DNA from: Acidobacteriota bacterium
GTDB taxonomy: Bacteria > Acidobacteriota > Thermoanaerobaculia > Multivoradales > Multivoraceae
DNA length: 64,000 nt
Reading direction: 5' to 3'
NCBI GenBank assembly: GCA_026707325.1
Contig: JAPOXA010000139.1
Coordinates: 3,570 to 67,569 of the forward strand
How positions within the stretch are numbered: the stretch's first letter is position 1; each line of letters begins with the position of its first letter. A model generated the notes under the pieces. That model searched no databases, was not told the origin of the DNA, and was given only the letters and a program-made list of their open reading frames with translations. Position numbers and translations under genes: made by a program. Below are positions 17,435-27,449 of the stretch, piece by piece.

Positions 17435-19177
17435 TCACTTCTTCTTCGTCTCGGTCGTCTGCGCGGCGACTTCACCGCCCAGGTAACCCCTCTTCTTCAA
17501 CTTGTTGTAGACCCCGGTCTGCACGATGCCCAGCAGGTTGTTCGTCAACCAGTAGAGAACCAGGCCGCTGGGGAAGCTGAACGAGAAGATCGTGAACCAG
17601 ATCGGCATCGTGTTGATGATCAGCTTCTGGGTCTTGTTCGCCGGAGGCGGCAACATCCGCTGCTGGAGGAACTGGGACCCTCCCATGATCAGGGGTAACA
17701 CGTAGATCGGATCCGGCAAGGCCAGGTTCCCGATCCAGCCGAGCCATGACGCATCCCAAAGCTCGACCGCCTCGCTCAGAAGGCGGAAGAAGCCGAAGAA
17801 GACGGGCATCTGGAACAGGATCGGCAGGCAGCCGCTGGCCGGGTTCACGCCTTCTTCCCGGAACAGCGCCTGAATCTCCTCGTTCATCTTGCGCTGCTGG
17901 TCCATGCGGGGCCGGCCCTTGCCGTCCTTCAGCTTGGGCCGGTACTTGGCGCGGATCGCTTCCATGCGCGGATTCAGCTTCTGGATTCGCTGCATGGAGA
18001 CCTGACTCTTGTGGGTCAGGGGGAACAGAACGAGCCGGATCACCACCGTCATCAGGACGATGCTCCAGCCGTAGTTCGCCACGACATTGTCGTAAATCCA
18101 GCGTAAACCGAACTGGAGGGGACGCGAGATGACGCCGAAGAATCCGTACCGGACCGTCTTCTGCAGGTCCACCCGCATGGCCGCCAGCGCGTCGTACTGC
18201 TTGTCGCCGAAGTAGGCCCTTCCGGCGAGCTGACCGCCAGCCGGTTGCAGCACCAGCATCAGATCCCGGGTCAGGTCCTCGGTCGTGACGTCGCCGGCCT
18301 CGACCAGGGTGAAGCCGCGCAGACTTCCGTCGCTCTCGTCCAGGTTGGCCACGGGCAGCGCCTGAACCGCGCCCCGCGCCCCGGACGAGATGACGGCGGT
18401 GATGAAGTAACGGTCTTCGAGAGCCACCCAGCGCGCGCCTTCGCCGAGTGCCTGCGGATCCTCCGCCCGCCGCGGCTCGAGGGAGTCCATCTCGCCGCCC
18501 GCGAACCACGTTGCCGCTCGCCGTTGCTGGCTCGACAGCCGGCTCTCGAGTTCGTCCACGGTCGGGTTCCGGATACCCGGACCGAGCACCAGGCCCCAGG
18601 CGTCACCGGGCGACTCGACCTCGTAGAGGAAGGTCAGGCCGCCGCCCTGGGTGTTCACCGTCGGAATGCGGAAGGTCTTCGTCGCCGAGCCACGGTCTCC
18701 GCTGTAGCGGAAAACGACCCGCTCGTCGCCGTTCTCCCTGGAACGTTCCACGACGAACAGGGCCTGGTTGAGCGGCGAGTCCCCCTGTGGCCCCGACAGG
18801 CCGAACGGCCAGGGCTGGCCCGGCTCGCGCAGGCGCACGAGTTCAACGGGTTCGGCGCCGTCCGGGCGCAGCAGTTCGAAGGACAGCAACTGGGCGCCCC
18901 GGTTCGTGAACTCGAGTCTGGCGTTGCCGGACTCGATGACCACCCTCTCCTCCAGGGACGCTTCCACCCGTTCGAAGACCGCCACCGGCGCCGGTGCGCT
19001 CTCCGCCTGCGTCGTCGGAACCGGCGCCGCCGTCTCCGACGGCGCCCTCGGCGTTTCCTCCCCGACCACGACGGGAGTCCGTTCCACCGGCGGAGGCGGC
19101 GGAGCCACGAGCGTCGACCAGAGCAGGAGAACGCCGAGCGACAGCAGCGCCGCCAGGAGGAGTCTGCGGTTGTCCAT
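17435..19177 (-). CDS. yidC: membrane protein insertase YidC
   Basis: 580 aa. N-terminal TM, periplasmic domain, and the conserved C-terminal 5-TM core (GCLPILFQMPVFFGFF, LPLIMGGSQFLQQ, GLVLYWLTNNLLGIVQ). Confidence 0.92.
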   Translation of the reverse strand: MDNRRLLLAALLSLGVLLLWSTLVAPPPPPVERTPVVVGEETPRAPSETAAPVPTTQAESAPAPVAVFERVEASLEERVVIESGNARLEFTNRGAQLLSFELLRPDGAEPVELVRLREPGQPWPFGLSGPQGDSPLNQALFVVERSRENGDERVVFRYSGDRGSATKTFRIPTVNTQGGGLTFLYEVESPGDAWGLVLGPGIRNPTVDELESRLSSQQRRAATWFAGGEMDSLEPRRAEDPQALGEGARWVALEDRYFITAVISSGARGAVQALPVANLDESDGSLRGFTLVEAGDVTTEDLTRDLMLVLQPAGGQLAGRAYFGDKQYDALAAMRVDLQKTVRYGFFGVISRPLQFGLRWIYDNVVANYGWSIVLMTVVIRLVLFPLTHKSQVSMQRIQKLNPRMEAIRAKYRPKLKDGKGRPRMDQQRKMNEEIQALFREEGVNPASGCLPILFQMPVFFGFFRLLSEAVELWDASWLGWIGNLALPDPIYVLPLIMGGSQFLQQRMLPPPANKTQKLIINTMPIWFTIFSFSFPSGLVLYWLTNNLLGIVQTGVYNKLKKRGYLGGEVAAQTTETKKK

Positions 19178-19186
19178 CGTTGCCAG

Positions 19187-19441
19187 CTACCCGGCAGCCC
19201 CGGGTTCCACGCTCCGCGCGGCGGGCGGCGGCGGGTCGATCCCGCCTCGCCCCAGAGGCTGGCAGCGCAGAAGCCTGCCAATCGTCAACCAGGTTCCCAC
19301 GAACAGGCCGTGGCTCCCGAGCACGAGCTGGCCGTACTCGGAACACGTCGGACTGAAACGGCAAGCTCCCGGGAGCAACGGCGAAAGCCAACGCTTGTAC
19401 GCCCCGAGCACCGCCACGGCAAGCTTCACCAGCGCGTTCAT
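19187..19441 (-). CDS. yidD: membrane protein insertion efficiency factor YidD
   Basis: 84 aa. YKRWLSPLLPGACRFSPTCSEYG is the YidD signature. Confidence 0.88.
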   Translation of the reverse strand: MNALVKLAVAVLGAYKRWLSPLLPGACRFSPTCSEYGQLVLGSHGLFVGTWLTIGRLLRCQPLGRGGIDPPPPAARSVEPGAAG

Positions 19442-19857
19442 CGCCGCGACCTCCCATGGCCGCGGGACCTTTCGCCGGGAGCGCCTTGCCTCGTCACCGT
19501 CTCGAACAGCCGGTCCAACTCACCGTAGAACGTCCGGCGGTCCGCGGCGGCCGCGGCCGGCTTCAGGTGCACCACAACGTCCACGGCCGGCAGCCGGTCC
19601 CGCTCCACGGCTTGGCGGTAGTGCTCGCGCACCCGCCGGCGGAGCCGGTTCCGCGCCACGGCGCCGCCCACCCGACGACCCGCGGTAAACCCCAGCCGCG
19701 CGTGGCCGACGTCGTTCCGGCGCACGTGGAACACGGCGAACCGGCCGTGCAGACGCCGTCCCCGCCGGTAGACCCGCCGGTAGTCGCTGCTCGACCGTAT
19801 CCGCTCGGCCCCCTGCTCGAAGCCGGAGGTGCGAGCGGGGTTGCCCGATCGGTTCAA
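19438..19857 (-). CDS. rnpA: ribonuclease P protein component
   Basis: Basic RnpA core (YRRVYRRGRRLHGRFAVFHV...NRLRRRVRE). Start uncertain (TTG 2 nt after the rpmH stop). The longer ORF to 20097 would overlap rpmH. Confidence 0.78.
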   Translation of the reverse strand: MNRSGNPARTSGFEQGAERIRSSSDYRRVYRRGRRLHGRFAVFHVRRNDVGHARLGFTAGRRVGGAVARNRLRRRVREHYRQAVERDRLPAVDVVVHLKPAAAAADRRTFYGELDRLFETVTRQGAPGERSRGHGRSRR

Positions 19858-19859
19858 CG

Positions 19860-19994
19860 TCAGACCGTCAGCCGCTTGCGGCCCTTGCGGCGGCGGCGCG
19901 ACAGGATCGCGCGGCCGTGCCTGGTCCTCATCCGCAGACGGAAACCGTGTTTCTTCTTGCGACGCCGATTGTTCGGCTGGTATGTCCTCTTCAC
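19860..19994 (-). CDS. rpmH: 50S ribosomal protein L34
   Basis: [47 protein letters not shown] start preceded by AAGGAAGGAAGG. The longer ORF to 20057 would overlap the tRNA. Confidence 0.92.
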   Translation of the reverse strand: MKRTYQPNNRRRKKKHGFRLRMRTRHGRAILSRRRRKGRKRLTV

Positions 19995-20029
19995 GTTCCT
20001 TCCTTCCTTGGGGCGTGTGGCGGAGAGAA

Positions 20030-20119
20030 TGGCGGAGAGGGTGGGATTCGAACCCACGGACCGCTTGCACGGTCAACGGTTTTCGAGACCGCCCCATTCG
20101 ACCACTCTGGCACCTCTCC
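20030..20119 (-). tRNA. tRNA-Ser (anticodon CGA)
   Basis: Reverse complement folds as a class II tRNA: GGAGAGG acceptor, anticodon loop CUCGAAA, long variable arm, GGTTCGAATCC T-loop, encoded CCA. Confidence 0.85.
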
Positions 20120-20166
20120 TCGTTCCCAGGCCTCTTGGTGCGCCTTCACCCTCTCCAGCCCCAGAA

Positions 20167-20246
<80 letters not shown>

Positions 20247-20256
<10 letters not shown>

Positions 20257-20720
20257 TCAATCGAAAGCCCGTTCGACCGTAGACGCCGGAAGAACGCGCG
20301 CAACAAAGCTGAGCTCTCCTCCGCCAGGACGCCGGAGCATACCGTGATTCGGTGATTCAGTCCTGGTTCGCGGACGATGTTCCCGAGCGAGCCGCAGAAG
20401 CCACCTTTCGGATCCGCGGCCCCGAACACGAGACGGTCCACCCGGGCGTTGACCATCGCCCCGGCGCACATGGCGCAGGGCTCGAGAGTCACGTACACCG
20501 TGCAGCCGTGCAGCCGCCAGCCCTCCTGCCTGGCCGCAGCCTCCGCCAGGGCGATCATCTCGGCGTGCGCCAGCGGATCTCCCCAGCTCTCCCTCCGGTT
20601 GTGGCCGCGGCCGACGACCACGCCGTCGCGCACCACCACGGCTCCCACCGGAACCTCTCCGGCAGTGGCGGCCAGCCGGGCCTCATCGAGAGCCAACTCC
20701 ATGGCGGTCCGATCGTCCAT
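20247..20720 (-). CDS. tadA: tRNA adenosine(34) deaminase
   Basis: HAEMIAL...TLEPCAMCAGAM CDA zinc motifs. 157 aa. Confidence 0.88.
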
Positions 20721-20812
20721 CGCTCACGCTAACAGTACGCCCTCCGGGTGATTCACTGTTACCATCCAGCCTGGTTCCCGCGGCGGTGAACAGGCTCGGG
20801 ATCGAGAAGTGA

Positions 20813-20921
20813 CCGAAGGGTTCGGGCCCTGTGTTTCGAACGGCCCCGAACCTCGTCAGGCCCGGAAGGGAGCAGCGATAGGGTGTTCGTTTCGAGGGCG
20901 CAGTTCAGCCGGAACCCTTCA
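20813..20921 (+). ncRNA. ffs: signal recognition particle RNA (small/4.5S type)
   Basis: Domain IV consensus GTCAGGCCCGGAAGGGAGCAGC. Terminal helix GAAGGGTTC...GAACCCTTC. Lies directly upstream of dnaX, the usual neighbourhood. Confidence 0.72.
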
Positions 20922-20941
20922 GTGACTTCTCAACCCGGGTC

Positions 20942-22669
20942 ATGACGTACCAGGCGCTGGCGCGCAAGTGGCGACCTCAGACGTTCGCCGACCTCGTCGG
21001 CCAGGAGGCGATCGTCACCGCCCTGCGCAACGCGCTGAGAGACGGCCGCATCGCGCAGGCCTACCTGTTCTCCGGCATCCGCGGCGTCGGCAAGACGACG
21101 GCCGCGCGAGTCCTCGCCAAGGCTCTCAACTGCCTCGGCGCCGACGGCTCAGCCAAGGGCCCGGCGTCCGAACCGTGCGACACCTGCCTTGTCTGCACGG
21201 AGATCCGGGAAGGGGCCGATCTCGACGTGATCGAGATCGACGCCGCCACCCACTCGAAGGTGGAGCAGGTTCGCGAGTTGACCGAGAGCCTGAGGTACGG
21301 ACCCGCCCGCGACCGCTACAAGGTCGTCGTCCTGGACGAGATCCACCGGCTCTCCGGCTCGGCCTTCGACGCGCTGCTCAAGATCGTCGAGGAACCGCCC
21401 CCGCACCTGACCTTCATCTTCGCGACGACCGAGATCGAGAAGGTGCCCGCGACCGTTCTCTCCCGCTGCCAGGAGTTCCACTTCCGGCGGGTGCCGCCCG
21501 AGCCGATGGTCGCTCACCTGCGACGCATCTGCGACGCCGAGAACTTCGAAGCCGGCGGCCCCGCCCTCCGCCTGATCGCCCGCGCTTCCGAGGGCAGCGT
21601 CCGCGACGCCGTCGCCCTGCTCGATCAGGCCGCCACCTTCGGCAACGGCAGGCTGGGCGACGAGGATGTCGCACGTCTGGTGGGCGGCATCGACGCGGGG
21701 CTGCTCGCCACCCTGCTCGCGGCGGTCCTCGCCGGCGACGGCGCTCGCGTGTCGACGACGATCCGCGAGGTCGAGGACGGCGGCAGCGACCCCAGGCAGG
21801 TGTTCACACACTTCCTCGGCTATCTGCGCAGCGCTCTGCATCTCGCTCAGGGTCTCGACGCGGAGCAGCTCGACCTGCCTGCCGAAGCGGCAGCGGACCT
21901 CAAGGAAACCGCGGCGGCCTCGGGCTACGAGAACCTGCTCAGGCTCCTGCACCTCCTCCTCAGCAGCGAGACGGTCGTCCGGCGCGCGGACGCTCCCGGC
22001 CTCGCGCTGGAAGTGGCTCTCCTGCGCGCGGCCGAACTCCCGAGACTCGTGCGGATCGAGCGGCTGGCGGCCGGTCTCCCCGCGGAGACAGAGAGCCCGA
22101 CCGCTCGACCCGAAGCCCCGAAGCCCCGAAACGACGCGGCGGGAAACACCGCTCCGAGCGGCTCTCCGGCGGCCGCCGCGGCGATCATCAGGCGACTCGA
22201 GAGCCAGAGTCCCGCCCTGGCGGGCCTCCTCGACTTCCACCGCGCGCGCCTCGACGTGCACGGCGACACGCTCGTCGTCGAGGCCGTGCCCGAGCTCGAG
22301 CGCCAACTGCGCGACGAGGCCCGGGCCGCCCAGCTCGGCGACGCCGTGCGCTCCGAACTCGGTCCCGACGGCGGCTGGAAGACGACGCCCGCACCGCCCG
22401 GAGGCGACGGCGACGGGCCGACGCACGCCGACAGCGCGCCGCCGACAGGACGCACCAGCGACGCGCCACCTCCCGGCGACAGCCCGCCGACGGGCCGCGA
22501 GGGCTCCCGCCCCGAGACCGGCCGGCCGGCGCCCGAGCGCCGCCGCCCGCAACGCGCACCCGGCCCCGCCAGCGAAGCGAGAAGGGCCGCCGAGGCCGAC
22601 CCCGGCGTCCGCGCCGTGCTCGACGTCTTCGGCGGCCGCGTACTCGACGTCCGGCCCAAGTCCCCTTGA
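20942..22669 (+). CDS. dnaX: DNA polymerase III subunits gamma/tau
   Basis: AAA+ motifs GIRGVGKTT, VVVLDEIHRLS, SRC, zinc module CDTCLVC. Pro/Arg-rich C-terminus. Confidence 0.92.
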   Translation: MTYQALARKWRPQTFADLVGQEAIVTALRNALRDGRIAQAYLFSGIRGVGKTTAARVLAKALNCLGADGSAKGPASEPCDTCLVCTEIREGADLDVIEIDAATHSKVEQVRELTESLRYGPARDRYKVVVLDEIHRLSGSAFDALLKIVEEPPPHLTFIFATTEIEKVPATVLSRCQEFHFRRVPPEPMVAHLRRICDAENFEAGGPALRLIARASEGSVRDAVALLDQAATFGNGRLGDEDVARLVGGIDAGLLATLLAAVLAGDGARVSTTIREVEDGGSDPRQVFTHFLGYLRSALHLAQGLDAEQLDLPAEAAADLKETAAASGYENLLRLLHLLLSSETVVRRADAPGLALEVALLRAAELPRLVRIERLAAGLPAETESPTARPEAPKPRNDAAGNTAPSGSPAAAAAIIRRLESQSPALAGLLDFHRARLDVHGDTLVVEAVPELERQLRDEARAAQLGDAVRSELGPDGGWKTTPAPPGGDGDGPTHADSAPPTGRTSDAPPPGDSPPTGREGSRPETGRPAPERRRPQRAPGPASEARRAAEADPGVRAVLDVFGGRVLDVRPKSP

Positions 22670-22702
22670 TTGCCCACTCAACGAGCATAGGAACAGCGAA
22701 GA

Positions 22703-22996
22703 ATGAACATCCAGAAGCTGATGCGGCAGGCCCAGCAGATGCAGGAGCAGATGCGCCGCGACCTGGCCACCGCCGAGTTCACCGCCAGTGTCGGCGGCGG
22801 CATGGTCGAAGTGCGGATGAACGGCGAGAAGGAGGTCCTGGCCGTGCACATCGACGCCGAGGTCCTCGACCCGGAGGATCCGGCCATGGTCCAGGACCTC
22901 GTTCTGGCCGCGGTGAACGAAGCGGGACGCAAGGTGAACGAGTACGTGGGGCAGCGGATCGGCAACATGGCCGGCGGCATTCCCGGCCTCACCTGA
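22703..22996 (+). CDS. ybaB: nucleoid-associated protein YbaB/EbfC
   Basis: 97 aa. MNIQKLMRQAQQMQEQM...GGGMVEVRMNGEKEV. Confidence 0.9.
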   Translation: MNIQKLMRQAQQMQEQMRRDLATAEFTASVGGGMVEVRMNGEKEVLAVHIDAEVLDPEDPAMVQDLVLAAVNEAGRKVNEYVGQRIGNMAGGIPGLT

Positions 22997-23583
22997 TGCC
23001 GGCCGATCCGCTGTCGAACCTGGTCGAGGAGCTCTCGCGCCTCCCAGGCATCGGTCCGAAGACGGCGCGACGGCTGGCTCACCATCTCCTCCGCGCGGAC
23101 CGGTCCCGCGCCGAGGCCCTCGCGCAGGCGGTCATCGACGTCAAGGACCGCATGATCCACTGCTCGACCTGCCACCAGATCACCGCAGTGGATCCATGCT
23201 CCATCTGCAGCGATCCGCAACGCGACCAGACCAAGCTCTGCGTCGTGGAGGAGCCCTTCAACATCGAACCGATCGAACGCACCGGCGAGTTCCACGGCCT
23301 CTACCACGCCCTCCTGGGCGCCCTCTCCCCGCAACGCGGCGTCGGCCCAGACGAACTCACCGTCGCCTCCCTGCTCGACCGCCTCGAAGGAGTCGAAGAG
23401 GCGATCCTCGCCATGAACCCCAACGTCGAAGGCGAAGCCACCGCCCTCTATCTCGCCAACCTCCTCAACCGCCGAGGCGTCCGAGTCACCCGCCTGGCCT
23501 TCGGCCTCCCCGTCGGCGGCGACATCGACTACGCCGACCAGGTCACCCTCGCCCGTTCACTGGCCGGCCGCCGCGATCTCTGA
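22996..23583 (+). CDS. recR: recombination protein RecR
   Basis: HhH (LPGIGPKTARRLA), C4 zinc finger (CSTCHQITAVDPCSIC), Toprim. ATG overlaps the ybaB stop (TGATG). Confidence 0.9.
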   Translation: MPADPLSNLVEELSRLPGIGPKTARRLAHHLLRADRSRAEALAQAVIDVKDRMIHCSTCHQITAVDPCSICSDPQRDQTKLCVVEEPFNIEPIERTGEFHGLYHALLGALSPQRGVGPDELTVASLLDRLEGVEEAILAMNPNVEGEATALYLANLLNRRGVRVTRLAFGLPVGGDIDYADQVTLARSLAGRRDL

Positions 23584-23617
23584 GTTGCCGCGTAGGGGGA
23601 ACTCGCGGGATCCGGAC

Positions 23618-24826
23618 CTAGTTGGCGAGGACTTCGTGGAGGGTGGCGGCGGCGTGGTCGAGTTGCTCCTCCGTGATGACGAGGGGCGGGGAGAGCTGGA
23701 GGACTGTGCCGGTGGCGCCGCCGGCGAGGGCGATGAGGCCGCGGTGGAGAAGACTGTGGCTGAGGGTGTGGGCGCGGTCCGGAGAGTCGAGTTCGATGGC
23801 CCGGAGGAGGCCCTGGCCGCGGATGTCGGTGACTCCGGGGCGGTCCCTGAGGGGCTCGAGGGTCTGGCCGAAGCGGTCGCCCATGGTGCGGGCGCGGTCG
23901 ATCAGGTCTTCGGTCTCGATCACTTCCAGGGTGGCGAGGGCGGCGGCGCAGGCGAGGGGGTGGGCGACGAAGGTGGCGGTGTGGCGGGCTTCGCCGTCGC
24001 TTCGCCAGGCGTCCATGACGTCCTTCCTGCCGAGGACGGCGGCGATCGGGAAGCCGCCGCCGAGGGCTTTGCCGCAGCAGACGAGATCCGGTTCGACGCC
24101 GGCTTCGCGGCAAACGAACCAGGCGCCGCAACGGCCGAAACCCGTGAAGATCTCGTCGATGGCCAGTACGACCTCGTGCCGGCGGCAGAGTTCAGCGAGG
24201 TCGGCCAGCCAGCCGGACGGCGGCCAGCGGGTGGCCTCGCGGCCGATGACCGGCTCGACGAGGCAGGTACCGATGTCCGACTGCCGCTCGAACAGCTCCG
24301 CGATCCGTTCCGGGGACGCGCCGTACGGCAGACGGTGGACGAGCTCTTCGAGCGGCTGGGCGAACGGTTCGCGGAAGGCCGGCCTCGCGGTGGCCGCCAG
24401 CGCTCCGAGGGTGGTCCCGTGGTAGGCGGGCTCGAACGCGAGCACGCCGGGGCGGCCGCTGTGCAGGCGGCCCGTCTTGAGCGCGATCTCCACCGCGTCG
24501 GCGCCGGACACGGCGAAGTAGACCCGGGGGTCGGCGAGTGGCGCGAGCGAGCACAGGCGCTCCGCCAGTTCGAGGCGGACAGGGTGGGCGTAGACGTCGC
24601 CCAGTCCGTGGACCAGCTGTTCCGCCTGCTCCCTGACCGCCGTGACCACGGCCGGGTGGCGGTGGCCGACGGCCGCGACACCGAAACCGGCGGTGAGGTC
24701 GATGTAGCGGTTTCCGTCGACGTCGACCACGTTGCTGCCCAGGGCTTCGTCCCAGATCATCGCCGTCGCTCCGGCCACGAGTGTGTTGATGCCCGGGGCC
24801 TCGGAGGCCTCGAGGCGGCCGGCCAT
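23618..24826 (-). CDS. class III pyridoxal-phosphate-dependent aminotransferase (ArgD/GabT/BioA-like)
   Basis: VDVDGNRYIDLTAGFGVAAVGH, LAIDEIFTGFGRCG, catalytic Lys in CCGKALGGGFP. Start uncertain (ATG 24826, or MIW at 24760 with GGAG upstream). Confidence 0.75.
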   Translation of the reverse strand: MAGRLEASEAPGINTLVAGATAMIWDEALGSNVVDVDGNRYIDLTAGFGVAAVGHRHPAVVTAVREQAEQLVHGLGDVYAHPVRLELAERLCSLAPLADPRVYFAVSGADAVEIALKTGRLHSGRPGVLAFEPAYHGTTLGALAATARPAFREPFAQPLEELVHRLPYGASPERIAELFERQSDIGTCLVEPVIGREATRWPPSGWLADLAELCRRHEVVLAIDEIFTGFGRCGAWFVCREAGVEPDLVCCGKALGGGFPIAAVLGRKDVMDAWRSDGEARHTATFVAHPLACAAALATLEVIETEDLIDRARTMGDRFGQTLEPLRDRPGVTDIRGQGLLRAIELDSPDRAHTLSHSLLHRGLIALAGGATGTVLQLSPPLVITEEQLDHAAATLHEVLAN

Positions 24827-24909
24827 CACCCGGGCCCGCGGCCCGGGAGGCGGCGTCAGGATCTCCGGCAGCAGGCTGCCGCTCTCGAGCCCTTGCGAGC
24901 GCACTTCCG

Positions 24910-26124
24910 TCAGGCGTTCGCGATCCGCTCGCAGATGCGATCCAGCGCGCCCTGGTCCAGGTACGGGTGCATCGGCAGGCTGACGACGCGGTCCGCCAGG
25001 CTCTCGCTGACCGGCAGCGAGCCGGCGCCGCGGCCGTAGCGTTCGTAGGCGGGCTGCAGGTGCATCGGCCGCGGATAGTAGACGGCGGTGGGAATGCCGG
25101 CGCGGTCGAGGTGGGCCCTCAGGGCGTCCCTCGTACCGGCCGACGGCCGGCCGGCCGCGTCGTCGACGCGGAGCGTGTACTGGGCCCAGCTCGACTCGAC
25201 ACTCGACCCGGGGCCGGCGCCGCACTCCGGCATCGACACCCGCCAGGGCGTCGCCGCGGAGGGCGCGGCCGCCCGCAGCCGCTCGCCGTAGCCGTCCGCG
25301 ACGGCGCGGCGCGCAGCCAGCTCCCGCTCGAAGACGGTCAGCTTCGCCAGCAGCACGGCGGCCTGAAGGCTGTCCAGACGGCCGTTCACGCCGAGCCGGA
25401 CGATGTCGTAGCGGTCCGCGCTCTGGCCGTGCTCGCGGATGGAGCGGACGATCTCCGCGGTCGCCGGCTCCACACAGAGCACCGCGCCGCCGTCGCCGTA
25501 GCATCCAAGCGGCTTGGCGGGATAGAAGCTGGTGGTCGTGGTCGGCGCCAGCGAACCGACCGGCCTTCCGTCGCGGCGGGCGCCGAAACTCTGGGCCGCG
25601 TCGGAGATCACGTCGAGCTTCCTTTTGGCCGCCCACTCCGCCAGCGGTTCCTCGGCCACCGGCAGGCCGAAGAGGTCCACCGGGATCACCGCCTTCGGCG
25701 TGGCGACGCCGGCGGCCAGCACCGCTTCGTACTCCCGTTCGAGCGACTCGAGGTCGATCAGGAAATCCTCTTCCCGCACGTCGACGAAGATGGGCACGGC
25801 GCCCGCCAGCAGAACGACCTCCGCCGTCGCCGTGAAGGTGAAGGTCGGAACAAAGACGGCGTCCCGCCGGTTCCCGCCACCGCCGACGCCGAGCGCGAGC
25901 AGAGCGATCAGCAGGGCATCCGAGCCGCTTGAGACCGCCACCGCGGAGACGCCGCCGCCCCATCGGCCGAGCTCCGCCTCCAACTCCTCGACTTCGGGGC
26001 CCATGACGTATCGGCCGTGGTCGAGAACGCCGGCGATCCGGCGGTCGATCTCCGGCCGGAGGCGCCTCGACTGGGCGGCCAGGTCGACAAAGGGGATCCG
26101 CGGCGGAGGCTCCGTGGGCGTCAT
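24910..26124 (-). CDS. DegT/DnrJ/EryC1/StrS family aminotransferase (sugar aminotransferase, ArnB/WecE-like)
   Basis: Start ATG overlaps the mutY stop. SGSDALLIAL, AVIPVDLFG, DAAQSFG, SFYPAKPLGCYGDGGAV. Confidence 0.8.
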   Translation of the reverse strand: MTPTEPPPRIPFVDLAAQSRRLRPEIDRRIAGVLDHGRYVMGPEVEELEAELGRWGGGVSAVAVSSGSDALLIALLALGVGGGGNRRDAVFVPTFTFTATAEVVLLAGAVPIFVDVREEDFLIDLESLEREYEAVLAAGVATPKAVIPVDLFGLPVAEEPLAEWAAKRKLDVISDAAQSFGARRDGRPVGSLAPTTTTSFYPAKPLGCYGDGGAVLCVEPATAEIVRSIREHGQSADRYDIVRLGVNGRLDSLQAAVLLAKLTVFERELAARRAVADGYGERLRAAAPSAATPWRVSMPECGAGPGSSVESSWAQYTLRVDDAAGRPSAGTRDALRAHLDRAGIPTAVYYPRPMHLQPAYERYGRGAGSLPVSESLADRVVSLPMHPYLDQGALDRICERIANA

Positions 26125-27224
26125 GGCCCGGAGTGTAGTGGCGGATCGGCGCGGTTGACGCCAACGGAGTCGAGCGTCTTCCGCAGCAGGGACGAGGTCG
26201 GCAGCTCGTCGATCTCCTGGTGGCCGAACCAGACCAGGGAGGACCGCCCCGCCGTCGCCGGTTCCGGACGCCAGCGGACGACCGCGGCTCGCACGAGGAA
26301 GTCCCTGTAGGTCACTGCGTGCCGCACCATCACCGCGGGTTCTTCGCACGCCCAGCAGCCGCCGAACTTCCGGCCCAGCACTTCCGCCGCGCGGACCGAC
26401 CCGTCGCCGCTCGCGAGCTCCACCGTCGGCAGGTGCCAACGGCCGGCCAGCCAGTCCGCGTCCCCGGGCCGCCGATGGAGCAGCAGCTCGCCGCCTCGCT
26501 GGACGACGGCGGTGAAGCAATGGCGGACCTCCCGGGCTCGCCGCGGTCCGGCAACGGGAAAGGCCCGGGGATCGAGCTCCCGGGAGCGGAAAGCAAGGCA
26601 ACCGGGAGCGAGCGGACAGGCGCCGCAATCCGGCCTTGCTCGGCGGCAGACCAGCGAACCGACCTCCATCAGCGCCTGGTTGGAGTCCCCCGGACGGCTC
26701 GGGTCCAGCAGCCGGGCGGCGGTCGCCAGGAGCCTCCGCCTGGCGGCGGCGCGGCGAGGAGGTTCCGTGGATGCCAGGAACCGGCTCAGCACTCGTTCGA
26801 CATTGCCGTCCAGCACGGGCGACGCCTCCCCGGAGCAACGGCTCGCGAGCAGAGCCGAGGTGTACGCGCCGATTCCCGGCAACTCCGCCCACTCCGCGGC
26901 GCTTGCGGGCAGCGTGGCCCGTTCCGCCAGGATCCTGGCCGCCCGGTGGAGATTCCGGGCGCGGCGGTAGTAACCGAGGCCGGACCACGCCGCCTCGACC
27001 GCCTCGACCCGGGCTTCCGCCAGCGCGTCGAGACGGGGGAAGCGGTCCAGGAAGCCCTCGTACCGGGTCGCGACGACCTCGCTCCGGGTCTGCTGGAGCA
27101 TGATCTCCGCAACGAGAACCTCGTACGGATCCTCGGTTCGACGCCAGGGCAGATCGCGCCGGCAGCGGTCGAACCAGGCCAACAGCGCACTCCGGAGTTG
27201 CTCCGGCTCGACTAACTGCAACAC
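26121..27224 (-). CDS. mutY: A/G-specific adenine DNA glycosylase
   Basis: LPWR, HhH-GPD (LPGIGAYTSALL), 4Fe-4S Cys cluster CxxxxxxCxxCPLxxxC, C-terminal NUDIX-like domain. Confidence 0.85.
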   Translation of the reverse strand: MLQLVEPEQLRSALLAWFDRCRRDLPWRRTEDPYEVLVAEIMLQQTRSEVVATRYEGFLDRFPRLDALAEARVEAVEAAWSGLGYYRRARNLHRAARILAERATLPASAAEWAELPGIGAYTSALLASRCSGEASPVLDGNVERVLSRFLASTEPPRRAAARRRLLATAARLLDPSRPGDSNQALMEVGSLVCRRARPDCGACPLAPGCLAFRSRELDPRAFPVAGPRRAREVRHCFTAVVQRGGELLLHRRPGDADWLAGRWHLPTVELASGDGSVRAAEVLGRKFGGCWACEEPAVMVRHAVTYRDFLVRAAVVRWRPEPATAGRSSLVWFGHQEIDELPTSSLLRKTLDSVGVNRADPPLHSGP

Positions 27225-27428
27225 TGTTCAGAACCTACGCGCCTGCGGGCCGGGGCGCCGCGCGCTGCCGGCGAAGAAAACGTGAAGAAAGTGCTCAGAC
27301 ACCCCTTGTTGAAGCCGGATCCCGCTGCTATCCTGCGCTTCTCGCGCAACGGAGGCCACACGGCGTAGGACCAACAGGTAGCCCCCTGGAGTTATCTGCC
27401 CCGAGTTTCTTCGCCGGTCGTCCAAGGC

Positions 27429-27449
27429 TTTTCCACACTGTGCGGAAAA
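27429..27449. promoter_or_regulatory. candidate DnaA-box pair (TTTTCCACA ctg TGCGGAAAA) upstream of dnaA
   Basis: TTTTCCACA is 1 mismatch from TTATCCACA. The partner is its imperfect inverted copy. TTATCTGCC lies 40 nt upstream. Confidence 0.4.

Noticed and set aside
20942-22669. Programmed -1 frameshift site in dnaX (A AAA AAG type)
   Set aside because: No slippery heptamer spotted in the expected mid-gene region on eye scan. Not pursued.
20968-23583. 871-aa ORF running through dnaX, ybaB and recR
   Set aside because: Only its last 196 codons (from 22996) are real (recR). The rest is an out-of-frame overprint of dnaX and ybaB with R/P/G-rich composition.
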